DNA from: an uncultured Candidatus Peribacteria bacterium
GTDB lineage: Bacteria > Patescibacteriota > Gracilibacteria > RBG-16-42-10
Direction of reading: 5' to 3'
Assembly: GCA_964514565.1 (NCBI GenBank)
Contig: CAZERA010000001.1
Span: 248,001 to 312,000, forward strand
Length of the DNA: 64,000 nucleotides
In this document: one piece after another, positions 10,408-20,391 of the stretch
How positions within the stretch are numbered: position 1 is the first letter of the stretch
Layout: the number at the start of each line of letters is the position of its first letter
Position numbers and translations under genes: made by a program
The notes under the pieces: generated by a model
Databases searched by the model: none
Told to the model about the DNA's origin: nothing
Seen by the model: the letters and a program-made list of their open reading frames with translations, nothing else

Positions 10408-12513
10408 ATGGATGCTGATTTTCCCCCAGAACGTAAAACGTCGAATCAGAACCAAGTGAGTGATCGGTTCGCAGTTAAAGATACTGGTACTAGACGACCT
10501 ACTAATAAACCAAGAGCTGAGCAAGGAGCTAGAAAAATCTTGCTGTGGTTTGGTTTAGGCTTCATTTTTATTTTTGTCATAGCTTTATTCATTGTAGCTT
10601 TGAGTGGGAACAACAATAGTTTATTGGCAGCTTTTGGTGTGGAGACTGATATTAAATCAGTTCTCTCTCGAGTTTCCAATGTGGTATTTGGTATTATTTT
10701 TGTCTGTGCCATTATTGCCCTTGTGATCGGTGGTTTCATGCATTTAGCTGCGCTCGGTGAACCAAATCAAATCCGTAGAGCGCGTAGATTGCTACTAAGG
10801 TCTGGTATTACCCTGACAATTACAGCAGTTCTATGGATTATCTTTACATTGCTACTAGGTAATGTAACGGCACCAGCAAAACAAGTAGATACAGGTGTCC
10901 GCATTGTCACAGATCCAGCTAATCTCACTGCTGCTGCTCCATTTGCAGTGAAGTTTGATGTGAAAGGCATTACTTCTACAGGCAACTTTTTTAGCTGGGA
11001 TTTTGGGGATGGTCAAAATGGTACTGGTCCTTCTTTGACTCATGAGTTTCAAACTGAGGGTAGATTTATTGTTACTTTGACCATTACTGACAGTAAGAAT
11101 AATGAAACCAAAAAGACTGCAACGGTAGTGATTAGTAATATCCGTCCTACCGCTAATGTAACGACGGACGTTACCAGTGGTCCGATGCCTCTTACAGTCA
11201 ACTTTGACGCATCCAAATCAGTAGATCCCAATGGTACTATTACTTCTTATGACTGGGATTTTGGTGATGAAAGTACTCACACTAATGAGGCAACTACAAA
11301 ACATGACTTTAGCAAAGAGGGGACATATACAGTCAATCTTACTTTGACTGATAATAATTTCGACAAGACAGTCTACCCAATTACAATCAATGTTTTGCCT
11401 CCGCTCAATGGACCAAAGATTTCTCTTTCTAGCACACCTCCGATTGAAGATGTAGAAGGCAAAAAAACGATTACTGGCGTCAAACCACTGGCTATTCGTT
11501 TTAGTGCTGCTGATTCTACTGATGATGGTCAGATAGCCAGTTATGATTGGGATTATGGTGATGGAGATAAGCCTGACCAAGGTAAAATTGTGAATCATAC
11601 TTTCAAAGAAAACGGATCGTATGCTGTCAGCGTTACTTTAAAAGATAATGAAAACAATGTTTCAAAGGATACCATTACGGTCGTAGTTGGTAATCCTAAA
11701 CAGCCTCCTCAAGCAGCAATTTCCTCTACTCCAGCTTTGACTGGCAATGGTGGTGCTTTGGCTGGTGCCTTTCCTTTTCCAGTAAGCTTCTCAGGTGAGA
11801 AATCGAAAGATGTGGATGGGCAAATTGTGGCCTATGATTGGGACTTTGGTGATGGTACAGACAAGATGTCTGGCCAAAGAGTGGATCATACATTTACTCG
11901 TGCTGGTACCTTTACTGTGACGTTGGTGGCTACCGACAATGATGGCCAAAAAAGCCCTGCAGCAGCAATGATAGTTAAAGTTACTGCGCCTACTTTGCAG
12001 AAACCGGTCGTGCAAATTATTACTAATCCTAGTACACCTTCAGGTAATGTTCCTTTTACTATTTCATTTGATGCTTCAGGCTCACAGTCCGCCAATGGCA
12101 ATATTATTGCTTATGAATGGGATTTTGGTGATGGCACAAAAGTAATTGGGAATGCTAAGATTTCACATACCTATAATTCACCTGGGGTCTATACGTTAGC
12201 TTTGACCGTACGAGATGTAGCTAATCAAACTACCGAGCAACCATTGGCAGTCGCTGTTCGTGTGGCTGCACCTGTGGCTCAGATTGAGCTCAGTAGGACG
12301 CGCGGTAGTGCGCCTCTAGATGTGTTGTTTAATGCTGCTGGTTCTACTGGTAGTATTACTGATTTTCAGTGGACCTTTGATGATGGCACTCAGGGTACTG
12401 GTCGCAGCATCGAACACACCTTTACCCAAGCTGGTGTTTATCAAATCAAACTCAAAGTGACTGATATTGCCGGACAGGTAGACGAGGCGACCGATCGAGT
12501 AGTAGTGGAGTAA
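10408..12513 (+). CDS. Membrane protein with a pilin-like hairpin fused to 6 PKD domains
   Basis: Three TMs including GGFMHLAALGEPNQIRRARRLL, followed by six WDFGDG-type repeats. Confidence 0.85.
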   Translation: MDADFPPERKTSNQNQVSDRFAVKDTGTRRPTNKPRAEQGARKILLWFGLGFIFIFVIALFIVALSGNNNSLLAAFGVETDIKSVLSRVSNVVFGIIFVCAIIALVIGGFMHLAALGEPNQIRRARRLLLRSGITLTITAVLWIIFTLLLGNVTAPAKQVDTGVRIVTDPANLTAAAPFAVKFDVKGITSTGNFFSWDFGDGQNGTGPSLTHEFQTEGRFIVTLTITDSKNNETKKTATVVISNIRPTANVTTDVTSGPMPLTVNFDASKSVDPNGTITSYDWDFGDESTHTNEATTKHDFSKEGTYTVNLTLTDNNFDKTVYPITINVLPPLNGPKISLSSTPPIEDVEGKKTITGVKPLAIRFSAADSTDDGQIASYDWDYGDGDKPDQGKIVNHTFKENGSYAVSVTLKDNENNVSKDTITVVVGNPKQPPQAAISSTPALTGNGGALAGAFPFPVSFSGEKSKDVDGQIVAYDWDFGDGTDKMSGQRVDHTFTRAGTFTVTLVATDNDGQKSPAAAMIVKVTAPTLQKPVVQIITNPSTPSGNVPFTISFDASGSQSANGNIIAYEWDFGDGTKVIGNAKISHTYNSPGVYTLALTVRDVANQTTEQPLAVAVRVAAPVAQIELSRTRGSAPLDVLFNAAGSTGSITDFQWTFDDGTQGTGRSIEHTFTQAGVYQIKLKVTDIAGQVDEATDRVVVE

Positions 12514-12534
12514 AGAAATATGTGTTAAAATAAT

Positions 12535-13230
12535 ATGAAAATTGAACATATGATTTCTCGTCTATCCACTCTTCTCCTTACTACTGCAGTCTTTACTGGT
12601 TTGCTGATGGCACCTGTCGCTATTTCTCATGCGGCAGCAGTAGTTCCTAGTACAAGTAGTCCAGAGACACTGATTGATGAAATTAGTGGCACCAATCCTA
12701 CCTCTACTGCTTCGGCGAATCCCAGCGTCATAAAAAAGGACGATACCAGTGAGCAAAGAGTAGACCCAATCAAAGAGGATACGAGCGTCTCTAATACTTC
12801 AAACATTACTAATCCTTATGCTCAGCTTGGTCCCAATGGTTTTGATACCAGACCAGCTGCGCCACCGGCTTTTACTGTACCGGTGTATCCCTCTATTGAA
12901 TCCTATGTAGTGATGGTAATCAACTTTCTTTTAGATTTTCTTGCTTTGGGTGTCCTGACTATGTTTGTTTATGGTGGGTTCATGTACACCACGGCCATGG
13001 GTGACTCTGGTAAGCAAAAAAAAGCGCGTGGTATTATCACTAGCTCAATTGTAGGATTTTTCTTAGTGGTGATTTCTTTTGCGTTAGTAGCTACAATTAT
13101 TGCTGCTACCCGCCCAGGAGTAAATGAATGTGCTACTCCTCAGAGTGGCGTGTGTATTAGTTCTAGTGGGGGCAATGTAAATTTTGGTGTCGGTGCTGGT
13201 GTCGGTAGCCTTCTTAGCAACATATTCTAG
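12535..13230 (+). CDS. Pilin-like protein with a Ser/Thr/Pro-rich N-terminal extension
   Basis: YGGFMYTTAMGDSGKQKKARGII; C-terminal Cys pair. Confidence 0.78.
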   Translation: MKIEHMISRLSTLLLTTAVFTGLLMAPVAISHAAAVVPSTSSPETLIDEISGTNPTSTASANPSVIKKDDTSEQRVDPIKEDTSVSNTSNITNPYAQLGPNGFDTRPAAPPAFTVPVYPSIESYVVMVINFLLDFLALGVLTMFVYGGFMYTTAMGDSGKQKKARGIITSSIVGFFLVVISFALVATIIAATRPGVNECATPQSGVCISSSGGNVNFGVGAGVGSLLSNIF

Positions 13231-13235
13231 CCTTT

Positions 13236-13583
13236 ATGACTTTTCCATATCTTTACTCTGCTTTGCTACCACAGTACCCTCAAGGTTCTGGTTTGCTTTC
13301 TGCGCAGAGAGCAGAGTCAGTCGGCGTATTCTATATCAATATTGCTCTGAGCTTTTTAGGCCTCATCGCCTTGGCTGTGATGATCTATGGTGGTATTAGG
13401 ATGCTCAGTGCCGCTGGTAATGGCGATCAGTTCAAGAGTGGTCGTGGCATCTTGGTCGGTGCTATCATCGGTTTTGTCATTGTTATTTTAGCTTTTGCTA
13501 TCGTCACAACCCTAGTCCAATCATTTGGTACTCCTGGTGGCGCTGGTGCTGTCGGTGGGATTGGTGCTTCAATTACTCTTTAG
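13236..13583 (+). CDS. Minimal pilin-like protein
   Basis: YGGIRMLSAAGNGDQFKSGRGILVGAIIG. Confidence 0.78.
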   Translation: MTFPYLYSALLPQYPQGSGLLSAQRAESVGVFYINIALSFLGLIALAVMIYGGIRMLSAAGNGDQFKSGRGILVGAIIGFVIVILAFAIVTTLVQSFGTPGGAGAVGGIGASITL

Positions 13584-13586
13584 TAT

Positions 13587-14360
13587 ATGTTGAAAAGATT
13601 TCTGCCACTATTACTTGTTCTTCCCGTTCTCATATCTGCCACGATTGTAGATGTGAAACCTGCCTATGCCTATTCTAGCTATCAGGATTGTACTACCAAT
13701 TTACCTACTTACTTTTCTGAGCAAACAGGACGAGCTATTGCGGACTTTACGGACAGTGATCGGACGGCAATCAGACAGGAATGTTTAAATAATTTCCCAG
13801 GCGGTGCCCAAGCTACAACATCAGCTAGTCCAAGTGCTAGTGCGACAGCCAGACCTACAGCAACAGCCTCAACTACTGCTACTCCTACTGCTTCAAGTTC
13901 AGCTACCGCTAGTAGTACTCCAACTACTGCAGCAACTCAACCTGCGTCTGTAGATGCTACAAACCGTCCTTATGGTGGCTTCATCAATGACACTCGTGGT
14001 GTGCCTACTTTAGACCCTCAGCAGTATGTAAACTATTATCAAGGCACCTCTTTTAGTCGGTTGACTAGCTCTCGTGATGCTTTTGGTTTCTTGACCTCAT
14101 TTGGTCTCAGTTTTATCGGTATGGTAGCGATCATCTTTTTGATTTATGCCGGCTTTATCTACATCACCGCCAATGGTGAACAGGCAAAAATTGATAAAGC
14201 AAAGAAACTGATCTGGGGCACAGTGATTGGTATTCTCATCATCTTTGCTGTCTATGCTGTAGTAGCAACCCTACTCAATATCAGTGCTGCAGTGAATCCT
14301 GGTGTGAATATTGGCCCGCTCAATGTGGGCCCTGGTGGTACTACTTTGCGACTTCCTTAA
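13587..14360 (+). CDS. Pilin-like protein with a small Cys-pair domain and a Thr/Ala/Ser stalk
   Basis: YAGFIYITANGEQAKIDKAKKLIWGTVIG. Confidence 0.78.
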   Translation: MLKRFLPLLLVLPVLISATIVDVKPAYAYSSYQDCTTNLPTYFSEQTGRAIADFTDSDRTAIRQECLNNFPGGAQATTSASPSASATARPTATASTTATPTASSSATASSTPTTAATQPASVDATNRPYGGFINDTRGVPTLDPQQYVNYYQGTSFSRLTSSRDAFGFLTSFGLSFIGMVAIIFLIYAGFIYITANGEQAKIDKAKKLIWGTVIGILIIFAVYAVVATLLNISAAVNPGVNIGPLNVGPGGTTLRLP

Positions 14361-14363
14361 TAT

Positions 14364-15485
14364 ATGAAAAAGTCACTCTCTCATTACTTTCTTGCTACTA
14401 CGTTTGCTTTTGGATTGTTTATCAGTACTTTCCAATTGGCTTCTGCTGGTGTTGTGCAAGATTATCAAGGTCAAAATCTCTTAATTTTTGAGACCCAGTA
14501 CCGTGACCAAATAGCTGGGCAGACTAATAGTCCAGCTCAAAATTATCGTACTAATTTAGTCGATACTTTGGATGCACTGATTACTTGTCTTTATCAAGGT
14601 TCAGATACAGCAAAAAACTGGCAATTTGGCAATGTTGGTACTAATGCTTCACCTGACATATTGGCTGGTAAGCTCAATCAAACTGATCATCCCTGTAATG
14701 CTGCACAAGCATCTCTGACTGCTGCTCGTACTCGGGCTGACAATGATGCTAATGGCAAATACGCACCTGTAGTAATTGCTGACCGTCTAGCTACTATGAC
14801 TATTTGGCGTCAACCTACTAGTGCTGGTCTGGTTTATGATAGAAACAGTACTCCTGATGGCCGTGATCAAGCTGCTCGTACCAAGCTCAATAGTTTTAGT
14901 GATTGTTTAATGCAAACAACTGGTGACCATCTCAATTGGCAAGTGGCCGGTATTACAGCAAGTTCAACATCAACTCAACTTCGTGCTGCGATTCGTGCTG
15001 CTGGTGATAGTCAACCATGTAGAAGTGAACTCCAAACCACGTCTCAACATCAGCCTCGAGCAGCTACACCCACCACAACTCCTACAGCCGTACCAAGTAG
15101 TACAACAACTGCTGCGCCACCGGCTGCAGATGGTTCTCAGCCCGCACCTGTCACAGGTCCTGTAGGTGGTGCTCCAGCTACTGGTGGCAATCCTACTATT
15201 TATACTGGTCCGGGTTTTGTTAATGTAACGCCATTTTCAGTATTTGGTCGAGTTTCGATCGATCGTATTATCAACAATGTGATCAATTATATTTCTGGTT
15301 TCTTGGCGACTATTGCTGTTCTTTCACTCATGTATGGTGGAGTGCTTTATATGACAGCTGGCGGTGACAATGGCAAGATTGGTAAAGCCAAACAAGTGAT
15401 AGTACTCACTATGGTGGGTCTTATCATTGGATCATTTGCTTATATGATTATTATCTTCACTACAAGACTCTTTTATGGCTCATAA
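14364..15485 (+). CDS. Pilin-like protein with a duplicated Cys-containing extracellular domain
   Basis: YGGVLYMTAGGDNGKIGKAKQVI; signal peptide; Thr/Pro linker. Confidence 0.78.
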   Translation: MKKSLSHYFLATTFAFGLFISTFQLASAGVVQDYQGQNLLIFETQYRDQIAGQTNSPAQNYRTNLVDTLDALITCLYQGSDTAKNWQFGNVGTNASPDILAGKLNQTDHPCNAAQASLTAARTRADNDANGKYAPVVIADRLATMTIWRQPTSAGLVYDRNSTPDGRDQAARTKLNSFSDCLMQTTGDHLNWQVAGITASSTSTQLRAAIRAAGDSQPCRSELQTTSQHQPRAATPTTTPTAVPSSTTTAAPPAADGSQPAPVTGPVGGAPATGGNPTIYTGPGFVNVTPFSVFGRVSIDRIINNVINYISGFLATIAVLSLMYGGVLYMTAGGDNGKIGKAKQVIVLTMVGLIIGSFAYMIIIFTTRLFYGS

Positions 15486-16281
15486 AAAATCTTTTTTTAC
15501 TACGATATTGTCAAAAAGTGCTGCTTTAGTAGCTAGCATTGCTCTAATTGGTGGATTTACAGTTGTTAGTGTTACCCCAGTCTATGCATACGACAACTAT
15601 GCCGATTGTATTGCTAGTATGCCGGCTGATGTTGCTCGCCAAAGTGGTAGATCTGTACAGAGCCTTGATGACAACGATCGGACTTTTATTCAGGAAGAAT
15701 GTCGTAATAGATTTCCTACTAGTACTCCCACGGCTACGGCTACAGTAACTGCAACAGCATCAGCAACACCCAGAGCTACCAATAGCGCCACTCCAAGTTC
15801 GTCAGTAGCAGCTACTACCACTCCTAGTGCTACTGCCACAGTCACTCCAACAACAACTACCCAACCTACAAGCACTTCTACGCCCCAACCAAGTGCAACT
15901 TCACAGCCAAGAGCTACCTCTCAATCTTCTACCTCTAGTAGTGGTGGCGGTGCAGATAGTAGACCGATTTATGATCGAATTATCCCACCCAAAAGTACTG
16001 ATGTTTTGACTCCTACTTTTGCTACGCAAAACAATCCCAGTATCGGTGGACTAGTGAACTATTTATTTGATTTTGTTGTGCGTCGATTGTTGCCAATTCT
16101 TGTGGCGATTCTGGTATTAGTAATTACCTGGGGTGGTTTTCAATACATCATGGCCCAAGGAGATTCAGGCAAAGCAAAGATTGCCAAAGATACTATTTTG
16201 TTTGGTATCGTTGGTTTGGTCCTAGCTTTAGCGGCGCTTAGTATTGTTACTATCCTCAATAATGTCCTTCTCCAATCATAG
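15475..16281 (+). CDS. Pilin-like protein, paralog of 13587..14360
   Basis: WGGFQYIMAQGDSGKAKIAKDTILFGIVG; shared N-terminal Cys-pair domain; Thr-rich stalk. Confidence 0.78.
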   Translation: MAHKKSFFTTILSKSAALVASIALIGGFTVVSVTPVYAYDNYADCIASMPADVARQSGRSVQSLDDNDRTFIQEECRNRFPTSTPTATATVTATASATPRATNSATPSSSVAATTTPSATATVTPTTTTQPTSTSTPQPSATSQPRATSQSSTSSSGGGADSRPIYDRIIPPKSTDVLTPTFATQNNPSIGGLVNYLFDFVVRRLLPILVAILVLVITWGGFQYIMAQGDSGKAKIAKDTILFGIVGLVLALAALSIVTILNNVLLQS

Positions 16282-16282
16282 T

Positions 16283-16891
16283 ATGAATTCTAAATTTTTA
16301 GCTACATTAGCATTTTCATTTTTGGCTTTGACAATCACTCCGGTGATTCATGCCCAGACTTTGCCAGCTACACCAGCCATTCCAGCCTCAATTCCTGGTG
16401 CTATTCCTGATGGAGCGACTTTACCAAATCCTCTTGGCAATCCTGGCTCTCCTGTAAATGGTTCTGCCAACAACCCTGCAGCTAGTGGAACCGACACATT
16501 GCCCAATAGTTCAGGTAATCCTGGTACACCAGTGCGTGGGTCCAACAACTTGCCAGCTTCTACTGACAACGGGGCTTCAGCTAGTCAGCCAGCTGCCCAA
16601 AGTGGTTCCTATCTGCAGATTAGTTTGCCTAATAATCATGGTTTGCCAGGTAGTAGTGGGCCACAAAGTTTACTGAATACAATAATTACAAATGTGCTCA
16701 ACTTCTTAGCCTTGATTGCTATTGGTGCGTTGATATTTGCAGGAGTACAGCTAGTACTTGCTCAAGGTAAAGCAGATGCCATTGGTAGTGCTAAAGGTAA
16801 TATCATCAATATTATTATTGGTTTTGCCATTGTGATGTTGGCCTGGAGCGGTGTAAATATCGTGCTCAAATTTATTGGCTTTGGAAACTAG
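16283..16891 (+). CDS. Pilin-like protein with a Pro/Gly/Asn/Ser-rich extension
   Basis: FAGVQLVLAQGKADAIGSAKGNIINIIIG; start MNSKF lies 1 nt after the previous stop. Confidence 0.78.
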   Translation: MNSKFLATLAFSFLALTITPVIHAQTLPATPAIPASIPGAIPDGATLPNPLGNPGSPVNGSANNPAASGTDTLPNSSGNPGTPVRGSNNLPASTDNGASASQPAAQSGSYLQISLPNNHGLPGSSGPQSLLNTIITNVLNFLALIAIGALIFAGVQLVLAQGKADAIGSAKGNIINIIIGFAIVMLAWSGVNIVLKFIGFGN

Positions 16892-17496
16892 CTAGTAGCT
16901 TCAAAGAGCTGAGGATATTCACTACGTAAGCTGACATAGCCATTGGTAGCAATGATGACGTGGTCTTGTAACGGGATGTTGATCATAGTGCCAATAGTGG
17001 CTATGTATTTGGTAAGCCTACAATCATCGGGACTTGCTGTGGGATCTCCGGCAGGATGATTGTGTACCAGTACAAAAGCATGTGCATTGTAGATGATGGC
17101 GGGTCTTAACAATTCTCGGACGCTGATTTGCGCCGTATTGAGACTGCCCATTGCCACAATTTCATCTCCCAGTATTTGTAATTGGCTATTGAGGTACAGA
17201 GCTCGTACTATTTCCTGCGGAGCATGAATCATTTCCCTTGTATGTTGGTAAACAGCCAGGGGACTTGTCAGGTATGGAGATTGTTGAAAGTTTTGATAGG
17301 TTCGCTTGCCGATTTCTAAGCAAGCAGCAATCTTTTGATTGATCACTACCGGGTATTGGGTCAGCTTTTGAATATGGTCGCTCTTTTTGCTGTGTTGTAG
17401 TAAGTAAATTTGTTGATCAGTAAGGGGATATTTCTTGCCGAGCACTACTAGCCAAAGCTTTTTGGTACTGATGCTAGCAATAGTAGGTAATCTCAT
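16888..17496 (-). CDS. radC: RadC family JAB-domain protein
   Basis: QEIVRALYLN, VHNHPAGDPTASPDD, LQDHVII. Start uncertain. Confidence 0.88.
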   Translation of the reverse strand: MRLPTIASISTKKLWLVVLGKKYPLTDQQIYLLQHSKKSDHIQKLTQYPVVINQKIAACLEIGKRTYQNFQQSPYLTSPLAVYQHTREMIHAPQEIVRALYLNSQLQILGDEIVAMGSLNTAQISVRELLRPAIIYNAHAFVLVHNHPAGDPTASPDDCRLTKYIATIGTMINIPLQDHVIIATNGYVSLRSEYPQLFEATS

Positions 17497-17558
17497 AAGC
17501 CATTGATGTAATACTAAAAAGTGAGCTACAGTAACTCTACACATCCAAAGATGAAAAA

Positions 17559-19724
17559 ATGATTACTCTTGAGGATTTATTGGTAGCGGTAGTCAAAAAT
17601 GATGAGCATGCTGATATTGCTAAGATTCGATCTGCCTATCAATTTGCTGATGATGCTCATGCCGGACAGTTGCGTAAATCTGGAGAACCCTATGTGACGC
17701 ATCCTTTGGAGGCAGCTATGTTGCTGACTCAGCTTCGAGTTGATCAAAATACTATTATTGCAGCGTTGTTGCATGATGTTCCTGAAGACACTACCAAGAC
17801 GCTAGAAGATATTATTGGTGTCTTTGGTGCAGATGTAGGCAAGCTAGTAGCAGGAGTGACTAAACTAGCCAAAGTGAAGTACCAACTCAACATGGAGCAA
17901 TATCAAGTTGATTGCCTACGTAAAATGCTTTTGATGCTATCTGAAGATTTACGAGTTATTTTGATCAAGCTGGCTGATCGCTTGCACAATATGCGGACTC
18001 TGATGGCCGTACGGCCGGAGAAACGTGTACGTATAGCCAAAGAAACCCTGGAGATCTATGCTCCTTTGGCTGAGCGTTTGGGTATCTGGAGCTTTAAATG
18101 GGAGCTAGAAGATTTATGTTTCCGCTACCTCTTCCCTCTCCAATATCAAAAGCTCACTGCAGAAATCACCAGTGGACAAAGCCAACGGGACGCTCTTATT
18201 TTGCATATTCAAGAGTTCCTTACTAAAGAAATCGGAAAACGCTTACCCGGTGCTAAATTTCAAATAGAGGGAAGAGCAAAGCATTTGTTTTCGATATTTC
18301 GGAAAATGGAAAAAAAGCAAAAGGCTCTGTCTGAAATTTATGACATGTTTGCTATGCGTCTGATCGTTGAAAAGATCAGTGATTGTTATGCTGTACTCGG
18401 TGTAGTTCACGAACTTTGGAGACCAAAACCCGATCGTTTCAAGGATTATATTGCAGCACCAAAAGTAAATGGCTATCAGAGTTTGCATACCACAGTGTTT
18501 TGTTTTGAGGGGACCTTGGTTGAGTTTCAGATTCGTACTCAAACTATGCATGATCAGGCTGAGCATGGATATGCTTCACATTGGTTGTATAAAGATAAAG
18601 GCTCATCTCGCAAGATGGATAGCCAAAATTTAGATTGGTTGGTGCGCCTGAAAGAGCTGCAGGAATCAATCAAAGATAGTCATGAGTTTATTGAGGGGGT
18701 CAAAGTGGATCTCTTTCATCAACGTATATTTGTTTTTACTCCTGATGGTGAAGTAAAAGATTTACCTGACGGTGCTAATGCAGTTGATTTTGCCTTTGCC
18801 GTACATAGCAATGTGGGGTACAGATGTCATGGTGCAAAGGTAAATGGCAAAATTGTGCGTCTCGAAGCGCCTCTAAAAACTGGCGATGTAGTAGAGATCT
18901 TGACTAGCAAAACAACTACTGGTCCAAAGCGGGACTGGTTGCGTATTGTGGCTACAATTCGAGCAAAAAATAGGATCAAAGCTTGGTTTCGTAAACAAGA
19001 TCGTGAGGCAAATCTTAACTCTGGCCATGAATTGCTCGATCGAGAGCTGGAATTCTTTGGTAAGGGGAGATTCAGTGAAGTATCTGAGGAACGCAAAAAG
19101 GCAGTGACTGAAGCTTATCCGTCCTATAAATCATTTGAAGATATTCTGGTAGCTGTCGGTGAAGGGGAAATTTCTCAACGGGCAATTCTCAAAAAGCTTT
19201 TCTCTGACGCTGAGTTGCTCGAAGGTCATGAAGTGGTCAATAAAGAAGTTTTACCGCAAGCCGATCATGAGCAAGTTTATATTCAAGGTGAAACCAATGT
19301 GATGGTGCTTTTTGCTAAGTGTTGTTTACCAAAGAGTCCTGAAGTAATTGTAGGCTATATCACCAGAGGTAGAGGTGTGACTATTCATAGGCTCAATTGC
19401 CGTTGTGTAAAAGCACTCTCATCTGACCGATTGGTTCATGCTAGCTGGCTCAAGCCAGGCACCGTGACCAAATATGAGATTACTTTGATGGTGGAATTCA
19501 TGGATAGAGTGGGCCTCCTCCGTGATATTTTGATGGAATTAGCGAAATACAATGTCAATTTAGTCACGATCAAAGTGCTACCCAAAAATGCCCAAGGATT
19601 GGTGACAGATGAATTGGTGCTGGAAGTATCTACTGTTGATCAGATTGCGTCTTTGACCGATGCTTTATTGGTAATCCCGGGCGTAGTAAAGGCTTATCAA
19701 TTGTTGTCTACTTTGAAGCAGTAG
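17559..19724 (+). CDS. rel: Bifunctional (p)ppGpp synthetase/hydrolase (long RSH)
   Basis: HD domain (ALLHDVPEDT, IKLADRLHNMRTL), synthetase RFKDY..PK.NGYQSLHT, TGS, AKCC zinc finger, ACT domain. Confidence 0.95.
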   Translation: MITLEDLLVAVVKNDEHADIAKIRSAYQFADDAHAGQLRKSGEPYVTHPLEAAMLLTQLRVDQNTIIAALLHDVPEDTTKTLEDIIGVFGADVGKLVAGVTKLAKVKYQLNMEQYQVDCLRKMLLMLSEDLRVILIKLADRLHNMRTLMAVRPEKRVRIAKETLEIYAPLAERLGIWSFKWELEDLCFRYLFPLQYQKLTAEITSGQSQRDALILHIQEFLTKEIGKRLPGAKFQIEGRAKHLFSIFRKMEKKQKALSEIYDMFAMRLIVEKISDCYAVLGVVHELWRPKPDRFKDYIAAPKVNGYQSLHTTVFCFEGTLVEFQIRTQTMHDQAEHGYASHWLYKDKGSSRKMDSQNLDWLVRLKELQESIKDSHEFIEGVKVDLFHQRIFVFTPDGEVKDLPDGANAVDFAFAVHSNVGYRCHGAKVNGKIVRLEAPLKTGDVVEILTSKTTTGPKRDWLRIVATIRAKNRIKAWFRKQDREANLNSGHELLDRELEFFGKGRFSEVSEERKKAVTEAYPSYKSFEDILVAVGEGEISQRAILKKLFSDAELLEGHEVVNKEVLPQADHEQVYIQGETNVMVLFAKCCLPKSPEVIVGYITRGRGVTIHRLNCRCVKALSSDRLVHASWLKPGTVTKYEITLMVEFMDRVGLLRDILMELAKYNVNLVTIKVLPKNAQGLVTDELVLEVSTVDQIASLTDALLVIPGVVKAYQLLSTLKQ

Positions 19725-20391
19725 GTTTCTTGGCTACGATACAGATATTGCGACCATCTAATCGTTTTACTTTTTGTTCTTTGTTGCTATACCAGGCCTC
19801 TAAGACAATGAGGCCTGCTGCTTTGCAGAGGGCAACCAATTCAGTTTTGGTGAAAGCATAATAAAAGCGATGATGAATGCTTTGACCATTATTGTAGGGG
19901 ATATAACTATGATGATGTGGCTCTTTTTGGACATAGTGACGATATTTTGGTTGCCACATGTTCCAAGTCGTAATAAAAATATATCCACCTGGTTTTAGAG
20001 CTGTAACTACTTTTTGTAATGTGCGTAATTGCGCTTCAGTGGTAGTGAGGTGGTGTAGGCTCGCAATAAAAAAGGCGGCGTCAAATCGTCCACGTCCGTA
20101 GTGATATACTTCCATGTCGCCTTGTTCAAATGTATAAGCAGGCCACAGCTTCTGGGCTTCAGCGAGCAGTCCATCTGATTGGTCGATGCCTACATACGTG
20201 CAGTGTTTATCTTCTAGCATCCCGAGCAGCCTACCGTTGCCACAACCAATATCAATGATGTGGCTTTGTTCGGCAATATACGGCAAGAACTCACGCATTT
20301 CGGGCCAGATGAAGTGTCTGGTTTTTGAAAAATGGCTAGCTATGTTATTGTACGCACACTGTAAATCTGTTTTGTAATCGCGATTTTTCAT
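19708..20391 (-). CDS. Class I SAM methyltransferase resembling Trm9/ALKBH8 (tRNA cm5U34 methyltransferase)
   Basis: YNNIASHFSKTRHFIWP, DIGCGNGR, IASLHHL, LKPGG....TW, RFYYAF..EL. Confidence 0.75.
   Translation of the reverse strand: MKNRDYKTDLQCAYNNIASHFSKTRHFIWPEMREFLPYIAEQSHIIDIGCGNGRLLGMLEDKHCTYVGIDQSDGLLAEAQKLWPAYTFEQGDMEVYHYGRGRFDAAFFIASLHHLTTTEAQLRTLQKVVTALKPGGYIFITTWNMWQPKYRHYVQKEPHHHSYIPYNNGQSIHHRFYYAFTKTELVALCKAAGLIVLEAWYSNKEQKVKRLDGRNICIVAKKPTASK

Noticed and set aside
8170..12400. Recurring TGGGA(T/C)TTTGGTGATGG sequence, superficially like CRISPR or DGR repeats
   Set aside because: It encodes the WDFGDG motif of PKD domains, with ~250-300 nt in-frame coding spacing. No cas or reverse transcriptase gene is present.
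13810..15950. Low-complexity ACT/GCT-rich DNA as tandem repeats
   Set aside because: Explained by Thr/Ala/Ser-rich protein stalks; no exact nucleotide repeat unit was found.
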